DNA from: Gracilinanus agilis
Taxonomy: Eukaryota
Direction: 5' to 3'
Length of the DNA stretch: 64,000 nucleotides
NCBI RefSeq assembly: GCF_016433145.1
Contig: NC_058131.1
Span: 724,459,938-724,523,937, forward strand
The notes under the pieces were generated by a model, which worked only from the letters and a program-made list of their open reading frames with translations, ran no database searches and had not been told where the DNA came from. Positions 12,660 to 24,731 of the stretch are shown in pieces. Position numbers and translations under genes: made by a program. Within the stretch, counting starts at the first letter, position 1. Each line of letters starts with the position of its first letter.

Positions 12660-13850
12660 TTGTTATTATTATCATTTCCATATTTTATTTTGTCTTTCTT
12701 TTTGTGGTTTTTAAATATTTTATTTTCTCAATTACACACAATAAAAATTTTCAACATTTTTTTTCTAAAATTGTGAGATCCAAATTCTCCATTTTCTCCT
12801 TTTCTTCCCCTCTTCCCTGATATGGTAAGCAATTTTATCTGGATTATACATATATAATCATGTAAAACTTATGTCCTTATTGGTTATTGTTGTGAAAGAA
12901 TACTCATATAAAAACAAAACCCCCAAATAAAATGCAAAATAAACTAAAGGTGAAAAATATTATGCTTTGGTCTGTCTTCAGACTCCAATAATTCCTTCTC
13001 TGGAGGTAAATAGCATTCTTTGTCATAAGTCCTTCACAATCTTCTTGGATCATGATATTATTGAGAAAGCTAAGTCTTTCACAGTTGATCATCTTATAAT
13101 ATTGCTGTTACTGTTTACATTGTTCTCCTAGTTCTATTTACTTCATTCTGCATCATTTCATTTAGGTCTTTCCATTTTTTTCTTTCTGAAATCATCATAC
13201 TCTTAATTTCTTATAGCATAAATGTATTTCATCACAATCGTATACCACAATTTGTTCAGCCATTTCTTAAATGATGGATATTCCTTCAGTTTCCCATTCT
13301 TTGCCACCACCAAAGAGTTGCTACAAATCTTTTTGTACAAATAGGTCTTTTGTCCCTTTTTGGATCTCTTTGGGATATAGACCTAGTAGTGGTATTGCTG
13401 GATCAAAAGTATGCGCAAATTTGTAGCCCCTTCGGTATAATTCCAAATTGCCCTCCAGAATGGTTGCGTAAGTTAACAACTCCTCTGACCATACATTAGT
13501 GTCCCAATTTAGTCACATCCTCTCCAACATTTATCACTTTTCTTTGCTGCTGTATTAGCTATTCTGAGAGATGCAAGGCAGTACTTCAGAGCTGTTTTAA
13601 TTTCCTTAATCAATAATGATTTAGCATATTTTTTCATACAATTATTGATAGCTTTGATTTCTTCATCTGAAAACTGTCTGCTTAACCTTCAGCCATTTGT
13701 CAATTGGGGAATGACTATTTTTTTATAAATGTGACTCAGTTCTCTATATATTTGAGAAATGGGGCCTTTATCAGAGAAATTTGCTATAAAATTCCCCCAG
13801 TTTATTGTTTCCCTTCTAATCTTGTTTACATTGGTTTTATCTAAAGCTTT
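12660..13850 (-). mobile_element. Marsupial L1 3' portion (ORF2 C-terminus and 3' UTR)
   Basis: Reverse L1 motifs: gatatagacctagtagtggtattgctggatcaaa, ttccaaattgccctccagaatggttg, cacatcctctccaacattt. Confidence 0.85.
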
Positions 13851-13869
13851 ATGAAAATTCTCTGTTAAT

Positions 13870-14345
13870 AACTAGAATGTGAAACCAAGGTTCTACTTCA
13901 TATCCATCAAATTAGAAAAGTTGAGAGAAAAGGAAAATTATAAAGCTGGGGATGCTGTGAGAAGGTAGGTACAATAATATATTGTTGGTAGAATCATGAA
14001 GTGGTCTGGAAAGCAGTTTGGAATTATATCCAAAAATTATTATATATATTGTATATTCTCTTTGCCACAGCAATACAAATATTAGGTCCAAATCCCAACA
14101 ATGTCAAAGAAAGGATCATGATGAAACACATTCCCACTTTCTAAAAGCAGTGATAGACTCAGAATGCAGATTGAGAAATGTCTTCATTTTAGATATGGTC
14201 AGCATGGTGATTTATTCTTTTTGACTTCACATTTGAAATAAGGATTTTGTTTTTCTTTCTTTTTCAGTGGGGCGAAGAGCAAATCAGGAGAAGAAAAAAA
14301 CTGATTTTCATTCATTGAAAAATTAAAGTTAAATAAAATTTTGAA
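13870..14345 (+). mobile_element. Old L1 3' end fragment
   Basis: attgttggtagaatcatgaagtggtc...ggaaagcagtttggaattatatccaaa, then an A-rich terminus. Confidence 0.6.
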
Positions 14346-14454
14346 GCACTAAAAATAATCTAATAGACAAAAGGTCACATGGACTTCACTTGATGACTTG
14401 TAGGGTGGGGGAACCCACTGTATCCTTTCTATTTTGTCTGTCTCTAGTAAACTC

Positions 14455-14690
14455 TATATTACATTATGTTATATTATGTTATACTATGTTATATTATAAA
14501 TTACATTATATTAATTCTATTAATACATTATATTAATTCTATTCTAATTATATAATATTCTAATATATTATTCTATTGTTAGACTATATTATATTTTAAA
14601 TTATATTACATTAATTCTATTATCGAATTCTACTAAATCTAAAATATTCTATCTAATATATGTGTTATATTCTGTTATGTCATGTTATGA
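14455..14690. repeat. AT-rich low-complexity degenerate pentamer repeat (TATAT/TATGT/ATATT)
   Basis: Direct. Confidence 0.85.
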
Positions 14691-14770
14691 TATTGGCATT
14701 TGCGTCGCCACCTTTATGTCTGAGAGACCAGGAGATTTTCATAGACACAGGTCTCTAAAAGTAGAGGTTG

Positions 14771-15401
14771 TAGATAAACAGACTTGTACAAAAATATTTT
14801 TAGCTGCGCTCTTTGTGGTGGCAAAAAACTGGAAAGCGAGCGTATGCCCTTCAATTGGGGAATGGCTGAACAAATTGTGGTATACTTTGGTGATGGAATA
14901 CTATTGTGCTCAAAGGAATAATAAACTGGAGGAGTTCCATGTGAACTGGAAAGACCTCCAGGAAGTGATGCAGCGCGAAAGGAGCAGAACCAGAAGAACA
15001 TTGTACACAGAGACGGATACATTGTGGTAAAATCGAATGTAATGGATGTCTGTACTAGCAGCAATGCAATGACCCAGGACAATTCTGAGGGATTTATGGA
15101 AAAGAATGATACCCACATTCAGAGGAAGAAGTACAGGAGTGGAAACACAGAAGAAAAACAACTGCTTGAACACTTGGGTTGATGAGGACACGATTGGGGA
15201 TGTAGACCCAAAAAGACCACACCAATGCAACTATCAATAATATATAAATAAGTCTTGACTGACCACACATGTTAAAACCAGTGGAAATGCCAGTTAGCTA
15301 AGGGGGGGGGGGTTGATGGGGTGAAGGGTAAAGTAAAAACATGAATTATGTAACCATGGAAAATTTTTCTAAAAATAAAAAAAATTTCAAAAAAAATTAA
15401 A
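14771..15401 (+). mobile_element. 5'-truncated marsupial L1 with TSD
   Basis: ORF 14662-15030 translates the L1 ORF2 C-terminus (TCTKIFLAALFVVAKNWK...CPSIGEWLNKLWY...EYYCA), followed by the 3' UTR and A tail; 15-bp TSD taaaagtaga(g/a)gttg at 14756-14770 and 15402-15416. Confidence 0.93.
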
Positions 15402-15842
15402 TAAAAGTAGAAGTTGAAGTGCCTTTGGAGTCTATTGAGTCCACTCAATTTTATAGATGAAGAATTTGGGGCTTAGAAAGGGGGATGACTTGCTCATAGC
15501 TATACAGGAAAAATTGATAGAGGGAAATTTTGAACTCAGATCCTCCGACTAGAGATAAAGATAAATTGGTCTTACTCTGGAGACATTTCAGTATTGTCTG
15601 GCTCCCAGCACTGAAAAAAGTGCTCTGCACAAAACTGGAATTTCATAAATGTTTGTTAGTTGGACAAGTGAATAAATTCATGAATTCTTTCTTACAAAAA
15701 GTCTCTCTACTTTTCTTGAATTTCCCTCTCTATTCCTACCCATCTTTTGAGGGGAGGAAAGTGTGCAATAATGACCTCCATGTTCCCACAGTCTCTGGGT
15801 ACTGGACCAAATGTTCACATGTATATGCTTAGAAAATAACTC

Positions 15843-16045
15843 GAGGGGGCAGCTGGGTAGCTCAGTGGATGGAGAGCCAGGCCTAGAGACTGGGAGGTCC
15901 TGGGTTCAAATATGGCTTCAGACACTTCCCAGCTGTGTGACCCTGGACAAGTCATTGCCTACCCTTACCACTCTTCTACCTTGGAGCCAATACACAATTG
16001 ACTCCAAGACGGAAGGTGAGGATTTTAAAAAAGAAAAAAGAAAAA
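15843..16045 (+). mobile_element. Near-full-length opossum SINE1 (SINE1_Mdo-like)
   Basis: tRNA-like head ggggcagctgggtagctcagtgga...ggttcaaat, CORE segment and A-rich tail; TSD agaaaataac at 15831-15840 and 16046-16055. Confidence 0.92.
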
Positions 16046-17871
16046 AGAAAATAACCTCAAGGCCAAGGAAAGTAAGCTTACATGGCTAAGGACAACAAAT
16101 AAGCAGAGTCACACTTGATATTGTGTGTTTTTTGGCCATCTTGAATTCATGAGCTTCTCCACACATACAGTCAATTTCTGGACTATTCCTATGGCCAAAG
16201 GAACATGTTGGTCTTTTGACAGGCCCCCCAGTCAGTTGGAAGAGTTGGAGTGTTGAGCCTGCTATTGTTTCACAGTAATTCTGTTTGCCTCTTGATGCAG
16301 CTGTGGTAATCATGGCCCAACTGGGAGTGTTTGGCATTAAAGCATTGGCTGCACTGTGCCAAGAGTTGAACTGTGTTGGTTCCCCCCCACACACACACAC
16401 ACACTCTACATAACCCCAGACATCTAGATATTTCAAGACAACTGTATGAATGGATGAATCTTCCAATCTGTACCCCAAAGTTAGGTGCCATCCATGTACT
16501 TTAGCTCCCAGGCCTAGAGGTGCGATTCCATTGGACTACCCAGGCTAGAGAGGTTTGGCCTGACCATTATCCCATCCTGTCTTTATGGCATCTACAGTGC
16601 CTTTATAGAACCAAAATGCATGTTTGTTATACTTGGTCCACGACTGTTCCAGTACACTGCATTTATTAGATACTTACTCTTGTCTCAGGCGCTGTAAGAA
16701 GCATTGAGAATACAAATAAAAGTGAGGGATATTTCAGGCTGATCAGGCCACAAGGGTGGCAGAGGATGTTTCAGGGGAACAAAGCCCCAGGAGCTGAAGG
16801 AAGTTTCAGGACAAGCCAGAAGCTCGTATATTTGTTTAGGCTTTTCTCAGTCATGCCCAATTCTGTGCTCTCCTTGGGGAAGATACCAGGGGCAGGGGCT
16901 GTAGTCTACTATTTCCTTGTCCAGATCATTTTTACAGATGAAGAAAGTGAGGCAAACAGGACTAAATGATTTACTGAGGGTCACAATGTTTGAAGCCTGG
17001 TTTGAACTCTAGAAGATGAGTTTTCCTGACTCCAGATCCTATAGGATAGGGCCTATACTAGGCCCTGTGACACCTGGCTGCCCCAAGGAATGGCTTTGAA
17101 GTCCAAGACATCAGTCATGGGTCAGGGTTGGCCCATAGGGTTCAAAAGCTTTACCAAAGGTACATGCATAGTCACTGGCAGAGTCGGGTCTGAAGCCAGG
17201 CTGTCATTACCCTTCAGGTTTCACCCTGATGCCTCTCTCCAAGGTACCTCTTCTCATTCGCTTTTGTTCCAGTATTTCTATAGGTCAATTGTGCTCATCA
17301 GCAGGGGAAAAGTTGTAACTCCAGGACTCCTTGGCTATGATGATGCTTACTGATATCTTTCTCCAAATTCTTCACAGTAGATCCATCCAAAATGAAGAGG
17401 GATTATACATATATTTTTCCTATGTTAATTGGGAAAGGGGAGATGTCTTTAAATATTACGTGGTACTTTCTTTAATGAGGCAACTGAATGAAAAATAAAC
17501 CAACAATACCAATTTCACTACAATGAGAGTCAGAATGTGTACCAGAGAAGACACTGGAGTTGGAGTTGGATGACTCGGGTTCATAAACTCCCTGGACCAA
17601 TGACTAGTTATGTGGTCTTGAGCAAGACACTTGACCTTTTTGAGCACAAGGCTCATTATCTACATAACAGAAATGACAACACTTGTATTGCCTGCTGCCC
17701 AGAATTATGACCAGGGGAGTGTTTTGCAAACTTTAAGGTGTTTCAGTAACCTGACTCATGGATATTCCAACCTCAGCTTTTAATATTGAAAGAGCTGTCT
17801 GAGTTCAATGAGGGAGGCTAAAGCTCCCACTTTGGGATTCATGGATAAATTTAGATATAACTTTTCCAATG

Positions 17872-18000
17872 NNNNNNNNNNNNNNNNNNNNNNNNNNNNN
17901 NNNNNNNNNNNNNNNNNNNNNNNNNNNNNNNNNNNNNNNNNNNNNNNNNNNNNNNNNNNNNNNNNNNNNNNNNNNNNNNNNNNNNNNNNNNNNNNNNNNN
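17872..18000. other. Assembly gap (N run)
   Basis: Direct. Confidence 1.
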
Positions 18001-18419
18001 TCTCTCTCCCTCCCCAAAACATGTTTATAGTAGGGGTTTTTAACTGCATAAGATATCAAATACATAGGATCATAAGAAAAAGCAATTACCTTGAAGTATA
18101 GTTTTTTTTTTAATTTAGGAACTCTAGTTAAGAAACCTTGTTTTAAATATATAGATGCTAGGCAGATAGAAATGTATATATTTAATGGAACTTTTCATTT
18201 CACTAATGTAAAGAACTCTCAAGGAAGAAAACCTTTAAGAATGCAAGTCATCACCTAATAAATAGCTAAATTATGGCTTTAGAAAGTTGCCTAGGGCACC
18301 GAGAGGGCAAATGCCTTGTTTAATGTCACCTAGTACCTACATGTTTAAGGAGCAATTGAACTCAGGCATTCTTCAGGCCTCTACCCATTATATCACAACA
18401 CCTTTCGAGTAAAGCCAAG

Positions 18420-18552
18420 TATTTTCTTGTTCTTTTCTTCCTTCCCTACTTTTCTCTTTTCCATTCTTTCTCCCCCTCCCTTCCCTTCCCTCCCTCCTTT
18501 CCTTCCTTCCTTTTCCCTCCCTTCCTTCCTCCCTTCCTCCCTTCCTTCCACC
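18420..18552 (+). repeat. (CCTT/CTTT)n pyrimidine-rich simple repeat
   Basis: Direct. Confidence 0.9.
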
Positions 18553-18999
18553 ACGCAGTCCGAGCTCCTCTTGGCCGAAACCATTCAAATACTGTCTTGG
18601 CTGCTTAGGTCCCTGTAATGGCAGGACTCTAATCCGTCTATATTAGCTTAGTTGAAGGAGGTCAGTGCTATTTATAACTCTAGCCATTAGGCTGAGTTTT
18701 CTTTCAGGGCCGTATGTCCTGTTATGTAGAATATTCAGGAGTCTCCTCTGAAGTGACCTCCTCCGACAGTGTCACGGTATGGAGGAGACCCTGATTTCTT
18801 TCAGCACCAGCCAGAGTACCTTAGGCAGGGAAGGTGCTGCCAAGCGCATTGAGATCTTCCTGGCAGAGGAAGGATATTCTGGGTTGCATTTCCGGACCAG
18901 CCTGCTTACTGATAGTCAAGGCTGGATATCTGGGCCTTCCTCTGTTCAATAAGGTTTACTAAGGTGTGGAATTCCCGCCATGGGGGTCATGCAATGAGC

Positions 19000-21238
19000 A
19001 CTCGCCCTCAGGTTCCTTTCTGGTGTTTTGCCACACAAGCTACATGACCAAAGTCGCTCATGCTGTCTTAAAAAGACGTTCGTCTTCCTTTGTCCATGCA
19101 GCGTACGACGAGAGGCACTGAAGGGTCAGGAATCGACAGCCGGCATCAAGTTCACGCGCTGCCTCTGACACAGCCTTGCTGGGTGACCCTGAGCAAGTCA
19201 TTTAGCCCTTTAGCGCCCAAGGTAGCTCGGCAGAACCTCCACTGGGCATTTGTCACAAGAATGGAATACTAGATGGGGTCAAACACAAAGGAGCGAACAA
19301 GGAGAAGGTTTGAACCGAGACAATTTGACAAGCTTCAAAGGCCCTCCGCCCTAGAGGATTCTGACTTTCACCTGGGCCCAGGTTCTGGTGGCTGGAAGCA
19401 GAGAAGCCGGACATCTCTCAGGGAGGCCCGGCCATCAGCACCTGACATCTTTGGGAAAGAAAAAGAGAGCCAGGAGGAGAGCTTTGCTTTGTCCCATTCG
19501 CTTTCTGTGTCCTTCATCTTGTCCTCTCCAGTGCCAGGTTGTCCACCACTCTCACTACGTAGATGCCCGATTGCTCACTCCTTCCAAGAAAAACTGGCTG
19601 GGGGGAGCAGACAGTGGCCAAGCCCCCTCCCAGCTCTCAGCTCAATGAGATTCTCCTTGGCATGCCTCTTCCCATTGGAAGGGAGGACTCTAGGGCCATT
19701 TTCCACCTCTCTGGGCCCCGGGTATGAGGTGGGGAATGTCTCCCTTTGGGCCTGGGGAGGAATCTCCTTGGAATGTTTCCTTTGTGAGCGTTTGTCCAGG
19801 AGATCCAGGCCAGGGCAGTGCCAGGCGGCAGCCGTGCCCGCTGCTTTACAGAAATCATGACAATGTCTTCATTTTGATGGGATTCTCGCCTTTTTGCTTG
19901 GAGGAAGGAGCTCTCAGAGGACTCCAGGGCCAGGGCGGGCGGTGAAGAATCAGGTCTGGGAGAGCCCCAAATAGGCTTTGGGACCCGAGCGTCCGTGCCC
20001 CCAGCCTCCATCCTCCGGTATGGATGGGAAGGCTTCTCCGGCCCCCTTCAAGACTCCGGGCAGGGGAGGCTAAAGACTCCTGACCTCGCGTACTACGGTT
20101 CAGGGGGCCTTCGTTAAGGATGCCCACACCCACCTTTCCCGGGCCTGCCTCTCTCATGTGACTTTCTTAAGCCTCCTCTCAGCCCCCCTTTATGGGTTTC
20201 CGTTGATACACAATTAATCTGTTCTCTGGCGAGGGGAGAAAAAGCAGGCAGCACCTGAGGAGGACGAGTGTCAGATTCTAATCACCCTCAGCAGCTGTTG
20301 TCTCGGCATCACCTCTGGCCGACATGGGGGATGCTGCGAGTTACCACTCCTCGCCACAGCCCACCTCATTAGACTTGACCTGCCCAGCTGGGGATTTCAT
20401 TTGTGTTTTTTAATGGGCCCGGAGCCCGCACATCACGACACCTTATGCAGCCGGGCTCCTTTGTATCTCGGACAAAAGAGAACGAGGCGATTTGAGGAAA
20501 ATCAAAATTGAGGCCCGATCCTCGTGGCTGGTGGGCTGCCCACCGGAAGGGAGAGAACCTTCTCAGCTGCCCACTGTGGAAGGCAGAGCCGGGCTGCCTC
20601 TCGGAGAAGATAAATGCCTCTCCTGGCTTTGAAGCTCTCCGAGTTTGTACATCGCCTACAACAAACCGTCATTACGGGGCCCTCCGTGCATTTGGCAGCG
20701 TGAAGACAGTCCGCACATGGCCCCGGCTTCAGTCGGCACTTTCTGGTTTCCAGAGAATGTAGACCCCCCCCCCAAAAAAAAAGAGCCCGGATTCCTTTCT
20801 GTTGGACTATTGGCCACCCGAGAAGAACCCCGGTCCAGGCGGAGGTCAGAGTCTGTGGAAGAGGAGATGCTAAAATGGTGAGGAGGGCGAGGGGGGAGCT
20901 CGAAAAGAATAAATATCGCTGGTTCCTTTTCCCCTTTCCATTTATGTTTGTAATAAACTCACTCTCATACAATTAGCCTCAATTGTTTTGCTATCTTCAG
21001 AGGCAATAATCTGGGAAGCCTGGGGATTCGGGGAGTAATCCGTCTACCTGTGTTCATTTACCCAAATCACTATGGTTACAGGCAGGGCCAAGTGTTGGCT
21101 GGGAGGATCCTGGGAGCCCCCTTTCCCGCTCCTAATGACCTTTCTGCTCCTCCAATAACATCCCCCAGCCGGGGAGGCCGCCCGGCCCATTAAAGCCAAT
21201 TGCCTCTCTAGTTACTGAGGGACCTGGGCTTTTCCTCA
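19000..21238. promoter_or_regulatory. GC/CpG-rich candidate regulatory island
   Basis: CpG visibly denser than in the flanking TE-rich DNA; mostly unique sequence; ends in a gap. CpG o/e not computed. Confidence 0.4.
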
Positions 21239-21394
21239 NNNNNNNNNNNNNNNNNNNNNNNNNNNNNNNNNNNNNNNNNNNNNNNNNNNNNNNNNNNNNN
21301 NNNNNNNNNNNNNNNNNNNNNNNNNNNNNNNNNNNNNNNNNNNNNNNNNNNNNNNNNNNNNNNNNNNNNNNNNNNNNNNNNNNNNNNNNNNNNN
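21239..21394. other. Assembly gap (N run)
   Basis: Direct. Confidence 1.
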
Positions 21395-22839
21395 TGGCAG
21401 CCCAAGTCCCAGCAGGCCACACTCATCTGAAGCTGAAATCCAGACACTTGGACAGTGGAGGAGAGGCAGCGTTAGCAACCATCGGGCCGGTAATAAGCTT
21501 TGCATTAATTTTTTGTTTCTTAAAGGCACACCGCCAGGGTTGGCAGAGCCCAGGCAGCACACTGCCTGGAAGAAAGGTGAGACGTCTTCAGTCTGGGATG
21601 GGCTTGGGAGATGCCACCCAGCGCAGGCTCCCCAAAGAAAGGCGAGCCCCTCGTCCCCTGGTCCCTACCACAAGCACCCCAGGATCCCCGTCACTATGCC
21701 TAGGCTGGTGTAGGGCTGCCTTAGGGGTGCCGGGCGAGAAAATCCCAGTGAAGGAGAGGATTGGAAACTGAGGCCCGTTATGGGCTTGGGGGTGGCTTGC
21801 AGGGCACCAGGAAAGGCTGAAGATAACTCTGGATGTGGAGAGCCAAGTGGAGAAAAATGCATCTTTGGCCTATTTTCTCAGAATGCACAAACTCCCTATT
21901 AATTATGCATAGCCGTGCTTAATCAAGCTTCTTTTGCTGTGTTGACTGTAACCCCTCATTTGCTCCGTTTCAGGGGGGCAGGTTCAAAGGGGGATGGGAG
22001 TGACCCAGCCAGTCCAGGGAGGCTATAAGGGCCAGAAAAGAGAAAAGAGAGACCCCACGGACCTAACAAAGCCATCTGTGGCCCAAGGGTAGGGAGGGCT
22101 GCCCACTGCCACTGGGCTCATTCAGGGATCTGTTTTTCTGCTCAGGCATCTGCCTTTTAGTTTTATTTTCATTAAACGGGGAGAAAAAAAATGAAATGGA
22201 ATTTGTGCGGCAGAGTCAAGCCATTGAGGGGTGCCTCTGTGGGTCTGCAGGGAAAATCGTCACAAAACCAATATTATTAGCAATTAGGATAATCACAGCA
22301 ACAATGACAGCAAACCACTTGGATTTTGGCAGCACTTGGAGGCATACAGACCCTTTTCTCCATAGTGTACAGGACGATGCCCATTTGAGGGATATGGAAA
22401 ACCGGCCTCAGAAAAGAGAAGGGACTTGCTGGGTCAGATTGTTAATAAGTGTCCGAGCTGGAATTTAGCCTTGGGGTCAATTTTGTGGGATCAGAGGGTT
22501 CCATGGGGGGGTGGCGGTGAGCAAGAAGATCATGGGGAGACCAGAGAGTTTCAGCAATGTGTTCTTGCTTTGGCATCTCTATTTAGGCTGGAGGGCCCAA
22601 TCTCAGCTAACACATGTTCCTTGCTCCCAATAAAATTGTAATTGCAGCTTTAATGAGTAAATTTGTTAATTATTGCTCCTTACTTTTGGCATTCGATATG
22701 CTCAGCCTTTCATTCTTATGTGCATTGTTGAAGATTTATTTGGGAAAAGAAACTCCTCTGCCCCCAAGGGTTCCGTGGCCAGCGGCTGAGTCCCAAACCT
22801 ACATAGTTATCCCTAATCAGTCTCCAAGAGGGCGAGCCC

Positions 22840-23240
22840 ACATTGCCAATCATCTGGTGGATGCATCTTCCTGGACATCCTGTGGCATCTCAGATTCAGC
22901 ATGTCCAAAATGGAGCCCATCCCCTTCTCCACCAAATCTTCCCTTCTTTGAGGAGAGGAACAACATCCCCAAAGTCCTCCAGGTCTCTGCAGTCTCCGAG
23001 TCATCCTCAATTCTCACCTCTTCCTCATGATCCATCTCCAATGGGACATAATGGCTGGCATATTCCACTTCTCCAGCCTCCCTCGTGTCTGTTGTCTTTC
23101 CTTCACTTGCAAAGCCACATTTTCCCCTTGCTCCACGTATTGGTGACGCCATCTGAAATCCGGAGTGTTCCTAAAAACAGGGCTCAGCTGCTTCCTCGAG
23201 GCCTTTCCTGCTCTGCTTCCCTTGGAAACGGGGCTACAGC
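22840..23240 (+). mobile_element. L2 LINE fragment
   Basis: catctcagattcagcatgtccaaaatggagc...gagtcatcctcaattctcacctc is typical of the L2 3' region. Confidence 0.7.
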
Positions 23241-23428
23241 CTTCTTTTTCAAAAACATACCTTGCTTAGGCTCTATTGGATCTCCCCCTTTCCCCAAAAG
23301 GAAGCAAGCTGCTTGGAGGTAGGAATGGGGGGAAGCTTTGTTTTTTGTTTGTTTGTTTTTGTATGCCCAGTGTCTGACACCTGGGATGCCGTTACTAATC
23401 CAATCAGTCAATCAATAATCATCTACAA

Positions 23429-23620
23429 CGGTCATTCCCAAACTTTTTTGGCCTCCCGCCCCCTTTCCAGAAAAAATATTCCTTAGCCCCTGGAAATTAA
23501 TTTTTTTTAAATTTTGATAGCAATTAATAGGAAAGATAAATGCACCTGCGGCCATCACCGCCTCCCTGGATCACTGCAGCACCCACCAGGGGGCGGTGGT
23601 GCCCACTTTGGGAATCACTG
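23429..23620. mobile_element. Complete hAT-Charlie MITE (192 bp) inserted in an L2 tail
   Basis: TIRs cggtcattcccaaact (23429-23444) and actttgggaatcactg (23605-23620; reverse complement cagtgattcccaaagt); 8-bp TSD atctacaa/atctacag at 23421-23428 and 23621-23628, resembling the Charlie NTCTAGAN target. Confidence 0.9.
23583..23595 (+). promoter_or_regulatory. CTCF core motif CCACCAGGGGGCG inside the MITE
   Basis: Exact match to the 13-bp core of the canonical CTCF consensus (TGGCCACCAGGGGGCGCTA). Binding not shown. Confidence 0.65.
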
Positions 23621-23732
23621 ATCTACAGCTCCAGTATGCAAAAGAGACAAAAGACAGCCCCTTCCCCGAGAAGCTCACAACCCAAAGCGGGAGACAACAT
23701 ACAAACAAGTAGCAAGCTACATATGGGTTAAA

Positions 23733-23950
23733 TTGTTGTTCAGTCATTCAGTCATGTCCAAATCTGTGTGACTCTGTGGACCATAACACACTAATACCAT
23801 GCAGTGGGTTTTCTTGGCAAAGATACTGGAGTGCTTGGTCATTCTTTTCTCCAGTGCTATGTGACCCTGGGCAAGTCACTTAACTTCTGTTTTAATTAAT
23901 GCACTGGATACCAGATTTAAATCCAGGTCTCCTGACCCCAGGCCCAGCAC
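23733..23950. mobile_element. MAR1/CORE-SINE fragments
   Basis: ttgttgttcagtcattcagtcatgtcc...ttttcttggcaaagatactggagtg (RTE-like MAR1 tail, reverse) plus CORE pieces. Confidence 0.7.
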
Positions 23951-23989
23951 TAGACCCTGAGCCTCTTAGCTGCCTCTATGAAACAAATA

Positions 23990-24570
23990 GGAGATAAACA
24001 ATAAAAGAAGGCACCAGAATTAAAAGGGGCAAAAGAAGGAGTTCCTGAAAAAAAATCAAATTTTATTTGGGAATTAAAGGAAGTCTGGAAAAGCATTAGG
24101 TGGAGTTGAGATGGGAGAGCTTGCAGGCATGGAGGACAGCTTGAGAAAATGCTCAGAACCAAAAGATGGAGAGGCTTGTTCATGCAACTGTAAGAAGTCA
24201 AGAGCCATTTGATTGAAGTGTAAGGCTAGAAAGGGAGGAGATTAAGGGTTTGGAATGCAAAATGGATCATTTGGGATTTAATTTTGTAGGAGATAGGGAG
24301 CCACTGGAGTTTACTGAGTAAGGGAGTTACGTGGTTGGAACTGCACATTAGGAAAATCACTTAGTGGCTAAATGGAAATTGGATTGGAGTAGGGAGAGAC
24401 TTGAAACAGGCAGATTCCCAGCAGCTATTGCAACAGTCCATGGGTGAGATGATGAGAGTCTGCACCAAAATGGGGGTGGTGTCAAAGGAGAGAAGAAGAC
24501 ATCTTAGGGAGATACTGCAGGGGTCAAGTGGACCAGATTGCTCATAGAATTGGATTGAATTAGATTGAAT
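23990..24570 (-). mobile_element. L2 LINE fragment
   Basis: ggagccactggagtttactgagtaaggg...ttaggaaaatcactt...ggattggagtagggagagacttga...ggctattgcaacagtcca-type reverse L2 sequence. Confidence 0.75.
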
Positions 24571-24655
24571 ACATGTTGAGTCATGCTGGTTGGATATAAG
24601 TTCTCTGAGGGTAGAAACTGGCTTGTGTCTGCTTTTACATCCCATGATTCTAGAA

Positions 24656-24731
24656 CTGGAGTCAGCCACTAGGGCCTATGGGTCCAATCCAGCCTGCCCC
24701 TGCTTTTGGGTGGCTCACAAGCTAAGAATGG
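24656..24731 (+). mobile_element. MER58-like hAT-Charlie 5' fragment
   Basis: ctggagtcagccactagggcctatgggtccaatccagcctgcccctgctttt...gctaagaatgg resembles the MER58A left end; preceded by the Charlie-type target ttctagaa (24648-24655). Confidence 0.6.

Noticed and set aside
12660-14345. Opposed L1 fragments as a twin-priming inversion
   Set aside because: Both pieces contain 3'-end sequence and differ in age, so they are separate insertions.
14662-15030. L1 ORF2-like ORFs (also 28440-28673, 51270-51896) as host genes
   Set aside because: They are C-terminal pieces of 5'-truncated L1 copies with stops and frameshifts; none is autonomous.
18800-18820. REST/RE1-like left half ttcagcacc
   Set aside because: The essential GGACAG of the right half is absent (ccagag).
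19273-19860. Longest gap-free ORF (195 aa)
   Set aside because: No recognisable domain; composition rich in Ser, Pro, Arg and Leu is typical of GC-rich non-coding frames; no splice or codon evidence.
22843-23322. 159-aa and 138-aa overlapping ORFs
   Set aside because: They lie on an L2 fragment and are not gene-like.
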